Positions 38,044 through 49,256 of a stretch of DNA of 52,034 nt are shown here, one piece after another (position 1 is the first letter of the stretch; the number at the start of each line of letters is the position of its first letter). This DNA is from an uncultured Bacteroidales bacterium (GTDB taxonomy: Bacteria > Bacteroidota > Bacteroidia > Bacteroidales > UBA7960), in NCBI GenBank assembly GCA_964389125.1, contig CAYMDX010000001.1, forward strand, positions 1-52,034. The letters are read 5' to 3'. The position numbers and the translations under genes were made by a program. The notes under the pieces are model-generated. The model was not told where the DNA came from, did no database searches, and saw nothing but the letters and a program-made list of their open reading frames with translations.

Positions 38044-39063
38044 ATGAATAATATTTTTGTTTATTGTGAAATAGATGAGGGCAAGGTCGCAGATGTCAGT
38101 CTGGAGTTGTTGACCAAAGGCAGAAAGCTGGCCAATGAGCTGGACTGTAAGTTGGAGGCATCTGTTGTTGGTCATGATCTGAAAGGTTTAGAGAAACAAA
38201 TTTATCCTTACGGGGTAGATGTTCTGCATGTTGCCGATGATAAGCGCTTGACACCATATACCACCCATCCGCATGCCCACCTGATGGTCAGTCTGATGGA
38301 ACAGATCAAGCCGGAGGTAGCCCTTTTCGGGGCAACGCCGATAGGCCGTGATCTTGCACCAAGGCTTGCTTCCCGTTTACAATGTGGGCTTACTGCCGAC
38401 TGTACCAGCCTTGAATTTGGTGACCACAAAGACAACAAAAGCGGCAAAAGCTATACCAATTTATTATATCAGATACGACCTGCTTTTGGCGGCAATATCA
38501 TTGCCACCATTATCAACCCTGAAACGCGCCCACAGATGGCCACCGTCAGGGAAGGGGTGATGAAGCAGGAGGTGTTGAACAATAACTATAAAGGCAGCCT
38601 GAAGAAAATGGATACGGAAAAGCTGCTGGCAGATGCCCCGTTTCCGGTGAAAGTGCTTGAAAGGCACATGGAGCAAAAGAAAGTCAATATCAAAGGGGCG
38701 CCCATCATTGTCTCCGGTGGCTATGGCGTTGGCTCCAAAGAAAATTTCGATATGCTTTTCGAGCTGGCCGAGGTGCTCGGAGGTTCCGTTGGCGCCTCAC
38801 GTGCCGCTGTTGATGCCGGCTTTGTAGATCATGAGCGCCAGGTAGGTCAGACCGGTGTAACTGTCCGCCCGAAGCTGTATATCGCGTGCGGTATTTCCGG
38901 AGCGGTGCAACATACCGCAGGCATGAGTGAGTCAGCCAAGATCATTACCATCAACAATGATCCGAAAGCTCCCATCAATGCAATTGCCGACTATTCCATC
39001 ATCGGTAACCTGGAAGACATCCTGCCAAAAATGATTAAGTATTATAAGAAAAATATCCAGTAA
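38044..39063 (+). CDS. etfA: Electron transfer flavoprotein alpha subunit
   Basis: 339 aa. C-terminal FAD-binding region VSGGYGVGS...GASRAAVDAGF...QVGQTGVTVRPKLYIACGISGAVQH. Confidence 0.9.
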   Translation: MNNIFVYCEIDEGKVADVSLELLTKGRKLANELDCKLEASVVGHDLKGLEKQIYPYGVDVLHVADDKRLTPYTTHPHAHLMVSLMEQIKPEVALFGATPIGRDLAPRLASRLQCGLTADCTSLEFGDHKDNKSGKSYTNLLYQIRPAFGGNIIATIINPETRPQMATVREGVMKQEVLNNNYKGSLKKMDTEKLLADAPFPVKVLERHMEQKKVNIKGAPIIVSGGYGVGSKENFDMLFELAEVLGGSVGASRAAVDAGFVDHERQVGQTGVTVRPKLYIACGISGAVQHTAGMSESAKIITINNDPKAPINAIADYSIIGNLEDILPKMIKYYKKNIQ

Positions 39064-39077
39064 AACCCCAGATAACA

Positions 39078-40787
39078 ATGGCTAACTTTTTTACCGATAA
39101 TCCAGGATTGCAATTCCATCTGCATCACCCGCTGATGAAAAAGATCATCAGGTTGAGAGAGAAGGATTTTGCTGAAAAGGACACCTATGATTATGCACCA
39201 GCTGATTTTGAAGATACGCTTGACAGCTATCAACAGGTGCTTGACATAGTGGGGGAGATATGTGGTGATACCATTGCACCCAATGCTGAACTTGTTGACA
39301 CCTTTGGTCCCAAGCTCGTTGACAATGAAGTGGTTTATGCCCCAGGAACAGCCCAGAACCTTGAGAAACTAACCAAAGCTGGTCTGATCGGAATGTCACT
39401 GCCCCGCAAATATGGTGGTCTGAACTTTTCGATGGTTCCTTATGTAATGGCAGCTGAGCTGGTATCACGTGCTGATGCCGGTTTTTCCAACATATGGGGT
39501 CTCCAGGATTGTGCAGAGACCATTCACGAATTTGCGGATGATGCCATCAAGGACGAATACCTTCCCCGCTTCAACCAGGGAGCTACTGCTTCCATGGACC
39601 TGACGGAACCGGATGCCGGAAGTGATTTGCAGGCCGTTCAGCTGAAGGCAACCCAGGATGAAAAATCGGGTGAATGGAAGCTCGACGGTGTAAAACGGTT
39701 TATTACCAACGGAGATGCAGACATCAGCCTGGTGCTGGCCCGCTCGGAAGCAAATACCACCGACGGCCGGGGATTGTCACTCTTTTTATATGACCGCAAA
39801 CACAAGGCCGTAAAAGTGCGGCGCCTTGAGAATAAACTTGGCATTAAAGGGTCACCAACCTGCGAGCTCGTATTTAAAGATGCCCCGGCGGTACTGATTG
39901 GCAGCCGAAAAATGGGTCTGATAAAATACGTGATGTCGCTGATGAACTCTGCCAGATTGGGCGTTGGCGCCCAGTCGGTCGGAATTGCGGAAGCAGCCTA
40001 CCATGAAGCCATCAAGTATGCCCATGAACGGGAACAGTTTGGGAAACCCATTTTGCAGTTTCCTGCCATATATGAGATGCTCTCCATGATGCGTGCAAAG
40101 ATTGATGCGACAAGAAGCCTGTTGTATGAAACCACCCGGTATGTGGATATATACAAATCTTATAATATACTTCAGGAAGACGGCGGGCTGGAGCCGGAAC
40201 AGCGTAAAGAGCTTAAACATCACCAACGCATGGCAGATGTGCTGACGCCTTTGATAAAACTTTTATCCAGTGAGTTCTGTAATGAAGTTGCCTATGATGC
40301 CCTGCAGGTTCACGGTGGCCCCGGTTATATGAAAGACTTCCCCGTGGAACGGCTCTTCAGGGATGCGCGCATCACCAATATTTACGAAGGAACATCGCAA
40401 TTGCAGGTGGTTGCCGCCATTCGTGGCGTGGTAAACGGCACCTACCTGAGCCTCATACGTGAATATGAAGAAACCGAAGTAAGCCCTGACTATGATCATA
40501 TCAAACAAAAACTGAGGCACCTTACTGAACGTTACGAGGCGTCGGTCGAGCATATTCAGAATATGAAGAATGATGAGGTTACGGACTTTCACGCCAGACG
40601 ACTTGTGGAAATGGCCGGCTATATCATCATGGGATACCTGCTTCTGCAGGATTGTCAGCGGGACAACCGGTTCAAATCATCAGCCGAAATTTTTATCCGA
40701 AAGGCTGAATCAGAAAATAAAGCCAGGGAAGAGACCATATTTGGCTTTGAAGAGAAAGACATCAGCAATTACAAGATAAATATGTAA
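39078..40787 (+). CDS. Acyl-CoA dehydrogenase family protein (long, 569 aa)
   Basis: ACAD core motifs (LTEPDAGSD, FITNGD, QVHGGPGYM, RITNIYEGTSQLQ) with N- and C-terminal extensions. Directly follows etfBA. Confidence 0.88.
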   Translation: MANFFTDNPGLQFHLHHPLMKKIIRLREKDFAEKDTYDYAPADFEDTLDSYQQVLDIVGEICGDTIAPNAELVDTFGPKLVDNEVVYAPGTAQNLEKLTKAGLIGMSLPRKYGGLNFSMVPYVMAAELVSRADAGFSNIWGLQDCAETIHEFADDAIKDEYLPRFNQGATASMDLTEPDAGSDLQAVQLKATQDEKSGEWKLDGVKRFITNGDADISLVLARSEANTTDGRGLSLFLYDRKHKAVKVRRLENKLGIKGSPTCELVFKDAPAVLIGSRKMGLIKYVMSLMNSARLGVGAQSVGIAEAAYHEAIKYAHEREQFGKPILQFPAIYEMLSMMRAKIDATRSLLYETTRYVDIYKSYNILQEDGGLEPEQRKELKHHQRMADVLTPLIKLLSSEFCNEVAYDALQVHGGPGYMKDFPVERLFRDARITNIYEGTSQLQVVAAIRGVVNGTYLSLIREYEETEVSPDYDHIKQKLRHLTERYEASVEHIQNMKNDEVTDFHARRLVEMAGYIIMGYLLLQDCQRDNRFKSSAEIFIRKAESENKAREETIFGFEEKDISNYKINM

Positions 40788-40802
40788 GCATAGGACTTTC
40801 AC

Positions 40803-40847
40803 AAAAAAAGGGAAGCTGTCAACAAATTGACAACTTCCCTTTTTTTA
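40803..40847. terminator. Bidirectional intrinsic terminator between the acyl-CoA dehydrogenase gene (+) and clpC (-)
   Basis: A7 run, then GGGAAGcTGTCAA / loop CAAA / TTGACAaCTTCCC, then a T7 run. The element is symmetric, so it can terminate both convergent genes. Confidence 0.8.
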
Positions 40848-40885
40848 TGGCTTAGCACCAAACCATCACCTCAATAAAAGAACCA

Positions 40886-43537
40886 TCAGGAATCTTTTGT
40901 TTCTTTATCTTCTTCTTTGGTGGTATTGTCTTCTGAGGTTTTCTTTTTCTGTTTGGTTCCTTTGCCTTTTTTGGCACTACCCGATTTGGTCTTTGTTTCG
41001 CTTTCCGCTTCACCGGCACGAATCACCCTGATTCGCACTTCAGTGTCCCCTTCTTGATGATCCACTTCAACGGTATCACCCTCCGCCAGATCGCTCCGGA
41101 TAATCTCTTCGGCCAACGGATCTTCCAGGTGTTTCTGGATAGCGCGCTTAAGCGGCCGGGCGCCGAATGAAGGATCCCAGCCTTTATCTGCTATAAAGTC
41201 TTTGGCGGCATCGGTGAGCCTGATCTCATATCCCATTTCATAAACACGCTTAAACAGATGCTTCAGCTCAATGTCAATGATCCTAAAGATATGCTCTTTC
41301 TGAAGGGCATTAAAGATTACCACATCATCCACCCGGTTCAGAAACTCAGGGGCAAAGGTTTTCTTGAGGGCGTTTTCGAGCACACTCTGCGTGTACTCTT
41401 TGGATGCTGCCTGTCGTGCAGGCGTGTTAAAGCCAACGCCCATACCAAAATCTTTAAGCTGTCTCGAACCAATGTTGGACGTCATAATGATAATGGTATT
41501 CTTGAAATCAACACGACGCCCCAGGCTATCGGTCAGTTGTCCATCATCCAGCATTTGAAGCAACAGGTGAAAGACATCCGGGTGGGCTTTTTCAATTTCA
41601 TCCAGCAGCAATACCGAGTAAGGTTTACGCCGTACTTTCTCCGTAAGCTGTCCGCCTTCTTCATATCCGATATATCCGGGGGGTGCTCCGACCAGCCGGC
41701 TGACAGCGAATTTCTCCATATATTCGCTCATGTCAATACGGATGATGGCCTCATCGGTATCAAACAAATGGTGTGACAACACCTTGGCAAGGTGTGTTTT
41801 ACCTACACCGGTGGGACCCAAAAAGATAAATGAACCGATGGGTTTGGCCGGATCCTTAAGACCGGCGCGGTTACGCCGGATACTTTTGACAATTTTTTTG
41901 ATGGCATCCTGCTGACCAACAACACTCTTCTCCACATCCTCTTCCATATTGATCAAACGCTCACTCTCATTCAGGGCAATACGCTGCACAGGAACCCCGG
42001 TCATCATGGAGACAACCTCTGATACATTATTATCGGTAACCACTTCGCGATTCAGCTGGCTTTCCTCTTCCCACTTCCTTTTCTCTGCATCAAGCTGATC
42101 CATCAGCTCGCGCTCCTGATCCCTGTATTGTGCAGCCTGCTCATATTTCTGACTTTTGATGGCTTTGGTCTTTTCCTCACGGACTGTGTCGATCTGACCT
42201 TCAATATTGATAATGTTTTCAGGGACCTTAATATTGGTAATATGCACCCGGGAGCCGGCCTCATCCATTGCGTCAATCGCCTTATCGGGCAGATAACGGT
42301 CACTCAGGTAACGATCGGTCAAATGTACACATGATTTGATGGCCTCTTCGGAATATTGTACGAGATGGTGGTCCTCATATTTGGATTTAATATTGTTAAG
42401 GATCTCGATGGTTTCCTCAGCGGTTGTCGGGTCGATGATGATCTTTTGGAAACGGCGTTCCAGGGCACCATCTTTTTCAATATGCTGCCGATATTCATCC
42501 ATGGTAGTGGCTCCGATGCATTGGATATCGCCACGTGCGAGGGCCGGTTTAAACATGTTTGATGCATCAAGCGAGCCTGATGCACCGCCGGCACCAACAA
42601 TGGTGTGCAGCTCGTCAATAAACAGGATGACATTGGGGTTCTTTTCAAGCTCATTGAGCAAGGCTTTCATGCGCTCTTCAAACTGACCGCGATACTTGGT
42701 GCCGGCTACCAGAGAGGCCAGATCAAGCGTTACAATCCGCTTGCTAAACAAAGCCCGGCTCACCTTACGCTCAACAATACGCAGGGCAAGCCCTTCGGCG
42801 ATGGCGGATTTCCCGACGCCTGGCTCTCCGATCAGAATGGGATTGTTTTTCTTGCGGCGCGAGAGAATCTGCGCAATACGTTCCAGCTCATTGTCACGGC
42901 CAACAACCGGATCAAGCCGATCTTCCTCAGCCGCTTTGGTAAGGTCACGGCCAAAGTTGTCCAGTACAGGCGTTGTCGATTTTTCAGCGCCTTTTTTCAT
43001 CGAAGAACCACCAAACCCGCCACCACCTTCAGTGGCATCATCATCCTCGCTGGGCGAAAGCTCATCACGCATTTCCTGCGAGGACGACCCTTCATCAAAC
43101 TCATTCTGCATATGCTTTAGCTCTTCTTTGATAAGTTGATAATCAACACCCTGCTGGTGCAACAAACGGGTTGCCAGATTGTCATGATCTTTTAAGATAG
43201 ATAATAGCAAATGCTCGGCACAGATCAGATCACTGCTAAATAATTTGGCTTCCAGGTAAGTGATTTTCAAAACACGTTCAGCCTGCTTGACAAGCGGTAT
43301 ATTTTCAGCATTCTGTTGGGACGAAGGTTGTCCCTTTATGGTTTTCTCAATGCTCTTTTTGATCTGATGTACGTCTACACCAAGCTGATGCAGCACCTGT
43401 ACGGCTACATTTTCCCCCTCACGGATCAAACCCAGGAGAAAATGCTCTATACCAATATATTCGTTGCCATTACGTAAAGCCTCTTCACGGCTGTAAGTAA
43501 TCACATCTTTTACGACTGGCGAAAATTTTGCTTCCAT
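40886..43537 (-). CDS. clpC: ATP-dependent Clp protease ATP-binding subunit, ClpC type
   Basis: 883 aa. Clp_N repeats, Walker [11 protein letters not shown] and [15 protein letters not shown]-like segment [18 protein letters not shown], and a lysine-rich C-terminal tail. Confidence 0.9.
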   Translation of the reverse strand: MEAKFSPVVKDVITYSREEALRNGNEYIGIEHFLLGLIREGENVAVQVLHQLGVDVHQIKKSIEKTIKGQPSSQQNAENIPLVKQAERVLKITYLEAKLFSSDLICAEHLLLSILKDHDNLATRLLHQQGVDYQLIKEELKHMQNEFDEGSSSQEMRDELSPSEDDDATEGGGGFGGSSMKKGAEKSTTPVLDNFGRDLTKAAEEDRLDPVVGRDNELERIAQILSRRKKNNPILIGEPGVGKSAIAEGLALRIVERKVSRALFSKRIVTLDLASLVAGTKYRGQFEERMKALLNELEKNPNVILFIDELHTIVGAGGASGSLDASNMFKPALARGDIQCIGATTMDEYRQHIEKDGALERRFQKIIIDPTTAEETIEILNNIKSKYEDHHLVQYSEEAIKSCVHLTDRYLSDRYLPDKAIDAMDEAGSRVHITNIKVPENIINIEGQIDTVREEKTKAIKSQKYEQAAQYRDQERELMDQLDAEKRKWEEESQLNREVVTDNNVSEVVSMMTGVPVQRIALNESERLINMEEDVEKSVVGQQDAIKKIVKSIRRNRAGLKDPAKPIGSFIFLGPTGVGKTHLAKVLSHHLFDTDEAIIRIDMSEYMEKFAVSRLVGAPPGYIGYEEGGQLTEKVRRKPYSVLLLDEIEKAHPDVFHLLLQMLDDGQLTDSLGRRVDFKNTIIIMTSNIGSRQLKDFGMGVGFNTPARQAASKEYTQSVLENALKKTFAPEFLNRVDDVVIFNALQKEHIFRIIDIELKHLFKRVYEMGYEIRLTDAAKDFIADKGWDPSFGARPLKRAIQKHLEDPLAEEIIRSDLAEGDTVEVDHQEGDTEVRIRVIRAGEAESETKTKSGSAKKGKGTKQKKKTSEDNTTKEEDKETKDS

Positions 43538-43661
43538 ATTTTTTTAGTCAAATTTAATTCAATACAATATTAATCAAAAACGAAAAAACAATTACATAGT
43601 ATTAACAATAATTAACGGCAATTGTTAGAAAGATACGGGTTTATCCCTTAATTAAACAACG

Positions 43662-43696
43662 TTTGTACTGAAAAAAAACGTATTTTCGTATGTTTG
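43662..43696 (+). promoter_or_regulatory. Candidate promoter for gyrA (TTTG ... TAtgTTTG)
   Basis: TTTG at 43662-43665 and TATGTTTG at 43689-43696. The 23-nt spacer is somewhat long. Confidence 0.35.
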
Positions 43697-43737
43697 ATTT
43701 CTAACAATATTTACATCATAATTTATTGGTTTACAGC

Positions 43738-46218
43738 ATGTCAGAAGCAAAGATCTTAAAAGTTGATATTGAAGAACAGATGAAGTCGGCATATATTGAT
43801 TATGCGATGTCTGTCATTGTGTCGAGGGCTTTACCTGACGTTCGCGACGGGTTAAAACCGGTTCACCGACGCGTGCTGTTCGGGATGTATGAATTAGGCA
43901 TCCTCAGTAACAGATCCTACAAAAAATCTGCCAGAATAGTAGGGGAGGTGTTGGGTAAGTATCATCCCCATGGGGATAGTTCTGTGTATGACACGATGGT
44001 ACGTATGGCGCAGACCTGGTCTTTGCGTTATCCGCTGGTCGACGGACAAGGTAACTTTGGCAGCATAGATGGTGACAGCCCGGCAGCTATGCGATATACG
44101 GAAGCCAAGATGCAAAAGATATCGGAAGAGATGATGGCTGATATTGACAAGGAAACAGTTGATTATCAGCTTAATTTTGACGATACCCTTCAGGAGCCGA
44201 CCGTGCTGCCCTCCAAAATTCCAAATCTGCTGGTAAATGGTGCATCGGGAATCGCTGTTGGGATGGCCACCAACATGCCACCGCACAACCTCGGAGAGGT
44301 GGTAGATGGCATCAACGCTTATATCGATAACCATGATATTACCATTGCAGAAATCATGCAATATATCAAGGGACCTGACTTTCCGACAGGTGGTCTGATT
44401 TATGGCCATGGGGGAGTAAAGGATGCTTATGAAACCGGTAAAGGACGTGTTGTCATGCGTGGCGAGGCAACTTTTGAAGAAGGCAAAGGCAGCAAAGAAA
44501 GTATTGTGGTCACTTCGATACCCTATCAGGTGAATAAAGCCGAAATGATCAAGAAAACCGCTGATCTTGTCAATGAAAAGAAGATAGAAGGCATTACCGA
44601 TATTCGCGATGAGTCTGACCGGAGTGGGCTGCGCATCGTGTATGAGCTCAGGAAGGATGCCGTTCCCAATGTCGTCCTGAATCAGCTTTACCAGCATACC
44701 GCCCTGCAAACCTCCTTTAATGTCAATAACATTGCCCTGGTAAATGGCAGACCTGAACTGCTGAATCTCAAAGATATTATTGTCCATTATGTGAATCATC
44801 GCCATCAGGTTGTGATCCGGCGGACTGAATACGAGCTGAGGGAAGCCAAAAAACGCGCCCACATACTGGAAGGCCTCCTTATTGCACTGGATAATATTGA
44901 TGAAGTGATTGCCCTGATACGGGCTTCTCAAACACCGGATGAGGCACGAACCGGTCTGATGGAAAACTTTGAACTTTCTGAAGCTCAGGCCAAAGCGATT
45001 CTCGACATGCGACTGCAACGCCTGACCGGCCTGGAAAGGGGCAAAATTCAAAACGAATATAATGACCTGCTAAACAAAATTGATTACTATAACTCCGTCC
45101 TCGCCGACGTCTCCCTGCGAATGAATATTATCAAGGAAGAGCTGCAGGAGATGAAAGAGAAATTCGGTGATAACAGCCGTACAGAAATTGAATATACCGC
45201 CAATGATTTCCGCATAGAAGATACCATTCCGGATGAAGATGTGGTTATCACCATTTCCCATCGTGGCTATATCAAGCGTACGCTGCTTACAGAATTCCGG
45301 ACGCAGAGCAGGGGAGGGCTTGGCAGCAAAGGCTCCATGACCCGCGAAGACGATTTTGTCGAACACTTATTTGTGGCGTCAAACCACAACTATCTGTTGT
45401 TTTTCACCGAACAGGGAAAATGTTTCTGGATGCGTGTGTTTGAAATTCCCGAAGGAACCAAAACCTCAAAAGGACGGGCCATACAGAATCTTATCAATAT
45501 CCCGCAGGATGATAAAATCAAAGCGTTTGTCAATGTCAAAGACCTGACCGACAACGAATATACTAACAATCATTACATTATACTGTGTACAAAACAGGGA
45601 ATCATCAAAAAAACAAGCCTGTCGGCCTACAGCAGACCCAGAATCAACGGGATCATCGCCATCAACATCCGGGAAGGGGATGAGTTGCTGGAAGCTTCTC
45701 TTACCAATGGCCAAAATGATATACTGATCGGTCTTCGCAGTGGTAAAGCAATCCGCTTCAGGGAAAATACCGTCAGGTCTATAGGCAGAAATGCATCCGG
45801 TGTAAAAGGGATAGCCAAATCCGGTCAGAACGACGAAGTTATTGGTATGGTATGTGTGGAAGACCCAATGAGCAGCATCCTGGTGGTCAGTGAAAAAGGC
45901 TACGGGAAACGCTCCATTCTGGATGAGTACCGCATTACAAACAGAGGGGGGAAAGGAGTGAAAACAATGAATGTAACTACTAAGACCGGCCCGCTTATTA
46001 ATATGGTGAATGCGAGTGATCAGGATGATCTGATGATCATTAATAAATCCGGACTGACCATTCGTCTGCCTGTTTCGGATATCCGCGAGATGGGACGTGC
46101 CACCCAGGGTGTAAAGCTGATAACCCTGAAGAAAAACGATAAAATTGCTGCCGTAACCAAAATAAAGGAAAAAGAACTTAACGGAAACGGCATGCAGTCA
46201 GATGACATACAGACATGA
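43738..46218 (+). CDS. gyrA: DNA gyrase subunit A
   Basis: ATG at 43738 (the ORF-track start at 43726 is TTG). [24 protein letters not shown], the active-site Tyr in [10 protein letters not shown], and C-terminal beta-pinwheel repeats. Confidence 0.96.
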   Translation: MSEAKILKVDIEEQMKSAYIDYAMSVIVSRALPDVRDGLKPVHRRVLFGMYELGILSNRSYKKSARIVGEVLGKYHPHGDSSVYDTMVRMAQTWSLRYPLVDGQGNFGSIDGDSPAAMRYTEAKMQKISEEMMADIDKETVDYQLNFDDTLQEPTVLPSKIPNLLVNGASGIAVGMATNMPPHNLGEVVDGINAYIDNHDITIAEIMQYIKGPDFPTGGLIYGHGGVKDAYETGKGRVVMRGEATFEEGKGSKESIVVTSIPYQVNKAEMIKKTADLVNEKKIEGITDIRDESDRSGLRIVYELRKDAVPNVVLNQLYQHTALQTSFNVNNIALVNGRPELLNLKDIIVHYVNHRHQVVIRRTEYELREAKKRAHILEGLLIALDNIDEVIALIRASQTPDEARTGLMENFELSEAQAKAILDMRLQRLTGLERGKIQNEYNDLLNKIDYYNSVLADVSLRMNIIKEELQEMKEKFGDNSRTEIEYTANDFRIEDTIPDEDVVITISHRGYIKRTLLTEFRTQSRGGLGSKGSMTREDDFVEHLFVASNHNYLLFFTEQGKCFWMRVFEIPEGTKTSKGRAIQNLINIPQDDKIKAFVNVKDLTDNEYTNNHYIILCTKQGIIKKTSLSAYSRPRINGIIAINIREGDELLEASLTNGQNDILIGLRSGKAIRFRENTVRSIGRNASGVKGIAKSGQNDEVIGMVCVEDPMSSILVVSEKGYGKRSILDEYRITNRGGKGVKTMNVTTKTGPLINMVNASDQDDLMIINKSGLTIRLPVSDIREMGRATQGVKLITLKKNDKIAAVTKIKEKELNGNGMQSDDIQT

Positions 46219-46252
46219 TATAGCAAATAGTTTATATTTTATAAGATTTTCT

Positions 46253-46260
46253 TACATTTG
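46253..46260 (+). promoter_or_regulatory. -7 box (TAcaTTTG) upstream of the TPR lipoprotein gene
   Basis: TACATTTG lies 56 nt upstream of the ATG at 46317. Confidence 0.4.
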
Positions 46261-46316
46261 CAAACAATAATAAAACGTTTAATACTAATCTTTTTGCAAA
46301 CCAAAAATCAAATCAA

Positions 46317-47552
46317 ATGAAACGTACATTAATATTTCTGCTATCCGTTGCACTGCTCTCCGGCTGTGCCGCATTATTTGGTCCAAGCGTATCGCAGGCC
46401 GAGCGCGATGTAGATAGGGGTAATCTGATTGAAGCCAAAGAAACCCTCGACCAGGCCGTTGAAGAAGATGAATCAATCAAAGAAGATGCAGATTACTGGC
46501 TTGTGAAAGGACGATTATATCTGCAAATCGCTATTGCAGAGGAAGAGGAATATCGTCAACTTGCAGATAATCCGGTTGAAAAAGGGGATGAAGCCATCCA
46601 AAAAGCAGAAGAGCTTGATGAAGAAGGTATGCTTCTGCTCGAACTCCAACAAGCCAAGCTATTGATATCTGAGGTGGTATTCAATGCCGGTGTGGAGGCT
46701 TATAACGAGGAAAATTGGGAAGATGCCAGTACCTATTTCTTGCGCGCCTTTGAATTAGAAGAAGAGTTTACAGCCGAAGAAGAGGAAGTTGACTATTCAA
46801 CCCTGTATAATGCTGCCCTCACTGCAGAGCTTTCTCAGGATTTCGAACAGGCAAAACCTTTATATCTCAAACTCAGGGAAGAAGAACATGATGAACCTTA
46901 TATCTATTCTTCACTGTCTAATATCTCTATGGAGTTGGGTGACACCACCCAGGCTACCGAATATATCCAGGAAGGCCGTGAACGGTATCCTGAAAATCTG
47001 GATCTGATTTTTAATGAAGCCAACATACATATTGTTACCGGTGACACTGAACAGGCTGAAGAAGTTCTTAATATCGCCATCGAAAGAGAACCGGATAATC
47101 CGGGTCTTTATTTTGCCTTAGGTGCCAACTATGACAAAATGGCGGAAGATGATTCCTATACGGATGAAGAAAGAGAGTTTGCCTTTGAGCAGGCAGTAGA
47201 AGCCTATGAGAAAGCCATTGAGCTGGATCCCGAATATTTCGACGCCGTGTATAACCTCGGTGTGTTGCACTTTAATAAAGGGTTAAGAATTTTCGAGGAA
47301 GCAGAGGAAGAGTTACGGGAAACCCAGGATTTCGCACAATACCAGGAAACGGAAGAAGAGTTCAAAGAAGTCTGGCTTCAAGCCCAACCTTACCTGGAAC
47401 GAGCTAAAGAAATGATCGATGAAGATGACCCCAGCTACCGGAATGTTATTATCTCACTGGTGGAACTTTATGCAAGGACCGATCAGCGGGATAAATTAGA
47501 AGAGATCCAGGAAATCTATGAAAAATATTTCGGAGAAGAAGAAGAAAGATAA
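46317..47552 (+). CDS. Highly acidic TPR-repeat lipoprotein
   Basis: 411 aa. Signal plus lipobox LLSVALLSGC. TPR-like repeats (AIELDPEYFDAVYNLGVLHFNKG) and multiple Glu runs. Confidence 0.75.
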   Translation: MKRTLIFLLSVALLSGCAALFGPSVSQAERDVDRGNLIEAKETLDQAVEEDESIKEDADYWLVKGRLYLQIAIAEEEEYRQLADNPVEKGDEAIQKAEELDEEGMLLLELQQAKLLISEVVFNAGVEAYNEENWEDASTYFLRAFELEEEFTAEEEEVDYSTLYNAALTAELSQDFEQAKPLYLKLREEEHDEPYIYSSLSNISMELGDTTQATEYIQEGRERYPENLDLIFNEANIHIVTGDTEQAEEVLNIAIEREPDNPGLYFALGANYDKMAEDDSYTDEEREFAFEQAVEAYEKAIELDPEYFDAVYNLGVLHFNKGLRIFEEAEEELRETQDFAQYQETEEEFKEVWLQAQPYLERAKEMIDEDDPSYRNVIISLVELYARTDQRDKLEEIQEIYEKYFGEEEER

Positions 47553-47600
47553 GTAGCTACTGTTGCAAACGAAACACGTTAGCTGAGTAGATTTAATAAC

Positions 47601-47639
47601 AACGGGGAGCAAGGTTTTTGTTCCCCGTTATTATTTTAC
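47601..47639 (+). terminator. Rho-independent terminator
   Basis: AACGGGGAGCAA / loop GGTTT / TTGTTCCCCGTT (12 bp including one G-U pair), followed by the U-rich ATTATTTTA. Confidence 0.75.
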
Positions 47640-47679
47640 ACCCGCTATTTAACATAATATTAATTATATAACATTTATT

Positions 47680-48408
47680 TCATGGAAAAGCTATAAAGTA
47701 GTATTCCCGGTTCTGGTAATACAGGTCCTCAAAATCAGATACACAAAGCGGCTTTGTTTGTTTCAGGAAGTTTGGTAATGTATTGATGTTTAGTCCGGCA
47801 GACTCAAGCAAAGTAAAAAGCGCACCGGGATGCGCACCATAATAATCGCTGGCTCCGAGACCAAATTCAAACACGATGAAGGGACGACAACGGGACAACA
47901 GGTCAATGGCACCTTTCATAACCTGATATTCCGCCCCTTCAACATCAATCTTGATAAAATCAATGTGTATATGATGTGGAATGATACGATCCAGTCGCCT
48001 GGTTTCCACAGTCAATTCTTCTATGTCAGGTTTATCCTTATTGTACTGTCGCTTCTTTAATCCACTATATGCCGGTGCATTTTTGACATATTGAAATGAT
48101 GTGATATCTTCTTTATCGGATAGTGCATACGGAAAAATAGTAGCGAACGAGCCAAAATGCCTTTTCAGGTATTGGTAGTATTCAGGAATAGGTTCAAAAG
48201 CAAAATGTACCCCTTTAGGTGCCAGCCTAATCATTTTAGCGAGTATGTCGCCATCATGGCTGCCAATGTCAATACAGTTGGAATGTGTATTAAGGATACG
48301 TTTCATCAGGTTGGCCGTCTGGCGATCGTAAGCCATATTGCGCGTCAGATCAATACCCGCCAGCCAGCAAACCCTTTTTACCGCCTTTTTGAGGTTTTCA
48401 GAACCCAT
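47680..48408 (-). CDS. FkbM family methyltransferase
   Basis: 242 aa. CIDIGSHDGDILAKMIR (SAM motif I-like), FEPIPEYY, IKIDVEGAEYQV. Confidence 0.75.
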   Translation of the reverse strand: MGSENLKKAVKRVCWLAGIDLTRNMAYDRQTANLMKRILNTHSNCIDIGSHDGDILAKMIRLAPKGVHFAFEPIPEYYQYLKRHFGSFATIFPYALSDKEDITSFQYVKNAPAYSGLKKRQYNKDKPDIEELTVETRRLDRIIPHHIHIDFIKIDVEGAEYQVMKGAIDLLSRCRPFIVFEFGLGASDYYGAHPGALFTLLESAGLNINTLPNFLKQTKPLCVSDFEDLYYQNREYYFIAFP

Positions 48409-48449
48409 CCCTGTTGCTTTTATTGTAACACAAGATGATCAGTCACCAA

Positions 48450-49187
48450 TTATTTTGTAATTCTACCTCCGCTTGACGATTGCCTACTTGTAACGGCAGG
48501 ATCTCCGCTGTAACGAATGACACCCCCGCTAGTAGCTTCTGCCGACAGTTCCGACGTAACAAACAGGTTATTGGTGGCACCGCTGCTGGCTTTGATTGAA
48601 CATACAGACACCTCCATATTAGCAGCATCAAGCACAGAGCCTGATGCATTTTTGGCATTCATTACAGCAGCTGCCCCGGAGAGCTTTGCATGCGCGCCGG
48701 ATGACATATCAAGCGTCAGCTCGTCAACATGCAAATGTAGTGTACTTTGGGCACCGGACTGCAATTTGTGTGTAAAAAATTCTGTTCTGATGCCATCAGG
48801 AGCTTCTGCCCTCCCTCCTCTTGAAATTTCCAGCGCATCAAGATCGTTAAAGACAACAATGACATCCATCTTTTCGTAACTTCCTACCGGCTTTAATAAA
48901 TTGATATACAGGGTTTTATCGCTAACATAGGTTTCGATGAGTTCTAGCAGATTGTCATCAGCGGCAACAATGACCTGTTCCTGATTATGTTGTTGCAGCA
49001 AAAGTTGAAGGTTGCCTTTTGCCTCAATGGAATCAAAAGGATCAATCATCCGTTCTTCCTCAATAACCTCGCCACTTCCCCTGACAAGCTCTTCCGACAA
49101 AGAGAAACGTATTGAGACAATAACGGCTATCATGATTACGATAAGCACAAAAAATGCGGTTAATAAAATTCTATTGGTTGTTTTCAT
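48450..49187 (-). CDS. Membrane-anchored DUF2807 (head GIN domain) protein
   Basis: ATG at 49187 (the ORF-track start at 49190 is GTG). One N-terminal TM helix, then FDSIEAKGNLQLLLQQHNQEQVIVAADDNLLELIETYVSDKTLYINL and repetitive beta-strand-like segments typical of DUF2807. Confidence 0.7.
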   Translation of the reverse strand: MKTTNRILLTAFFVLIVIMIAVIVSIRFSLSEELVRGSGEVIEEERMIDPFDSIEAKGNLQLLLQQHNQEQVIVAADDNLLELIETYVSDKTLYINLLKPVGSYEKMDVIVVFNDLDALEISRGGRAEAPDGIRTEFFTHKLQSGAQSTLHLHVDELTLDMSSGAHAKLSGAAAVMNAKNASGSVLDAANMEVSVCSIKASSGATNNLFVTSELSAEATSGGVIRYSGDPAVTSRQSSSGGRITK

Positions 49188-49256
49188 CACACAGACAAAT
49201 TATTGGGGTTAATGAATTGGTTAAACGAAGCATATAGGATAGACAACCGGATCATG

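Noticed and set aside
41258-43139. Several 111-172-aa ORFs within the clpC span, antisense or out of frame (41258-41776, 42605-43120, 42696-43139, 42319-42654)
   Set aside because: All are embedded in clpC, and the ClpC frame carries both Walker A motifs and the UVR segment.
43894-45051. 385-aa ORF on the minus strand, the longest unassigned ORF in the track
   Set aside because: It lies entirely antisense to the highly conserved core of gyrA. Its product is low-complexity (rich in I/F/H/G/N) with no recognisable motif, start context or promoter box. Long stop-free antisense frames are a known by-product of codon bias in conserved genes.
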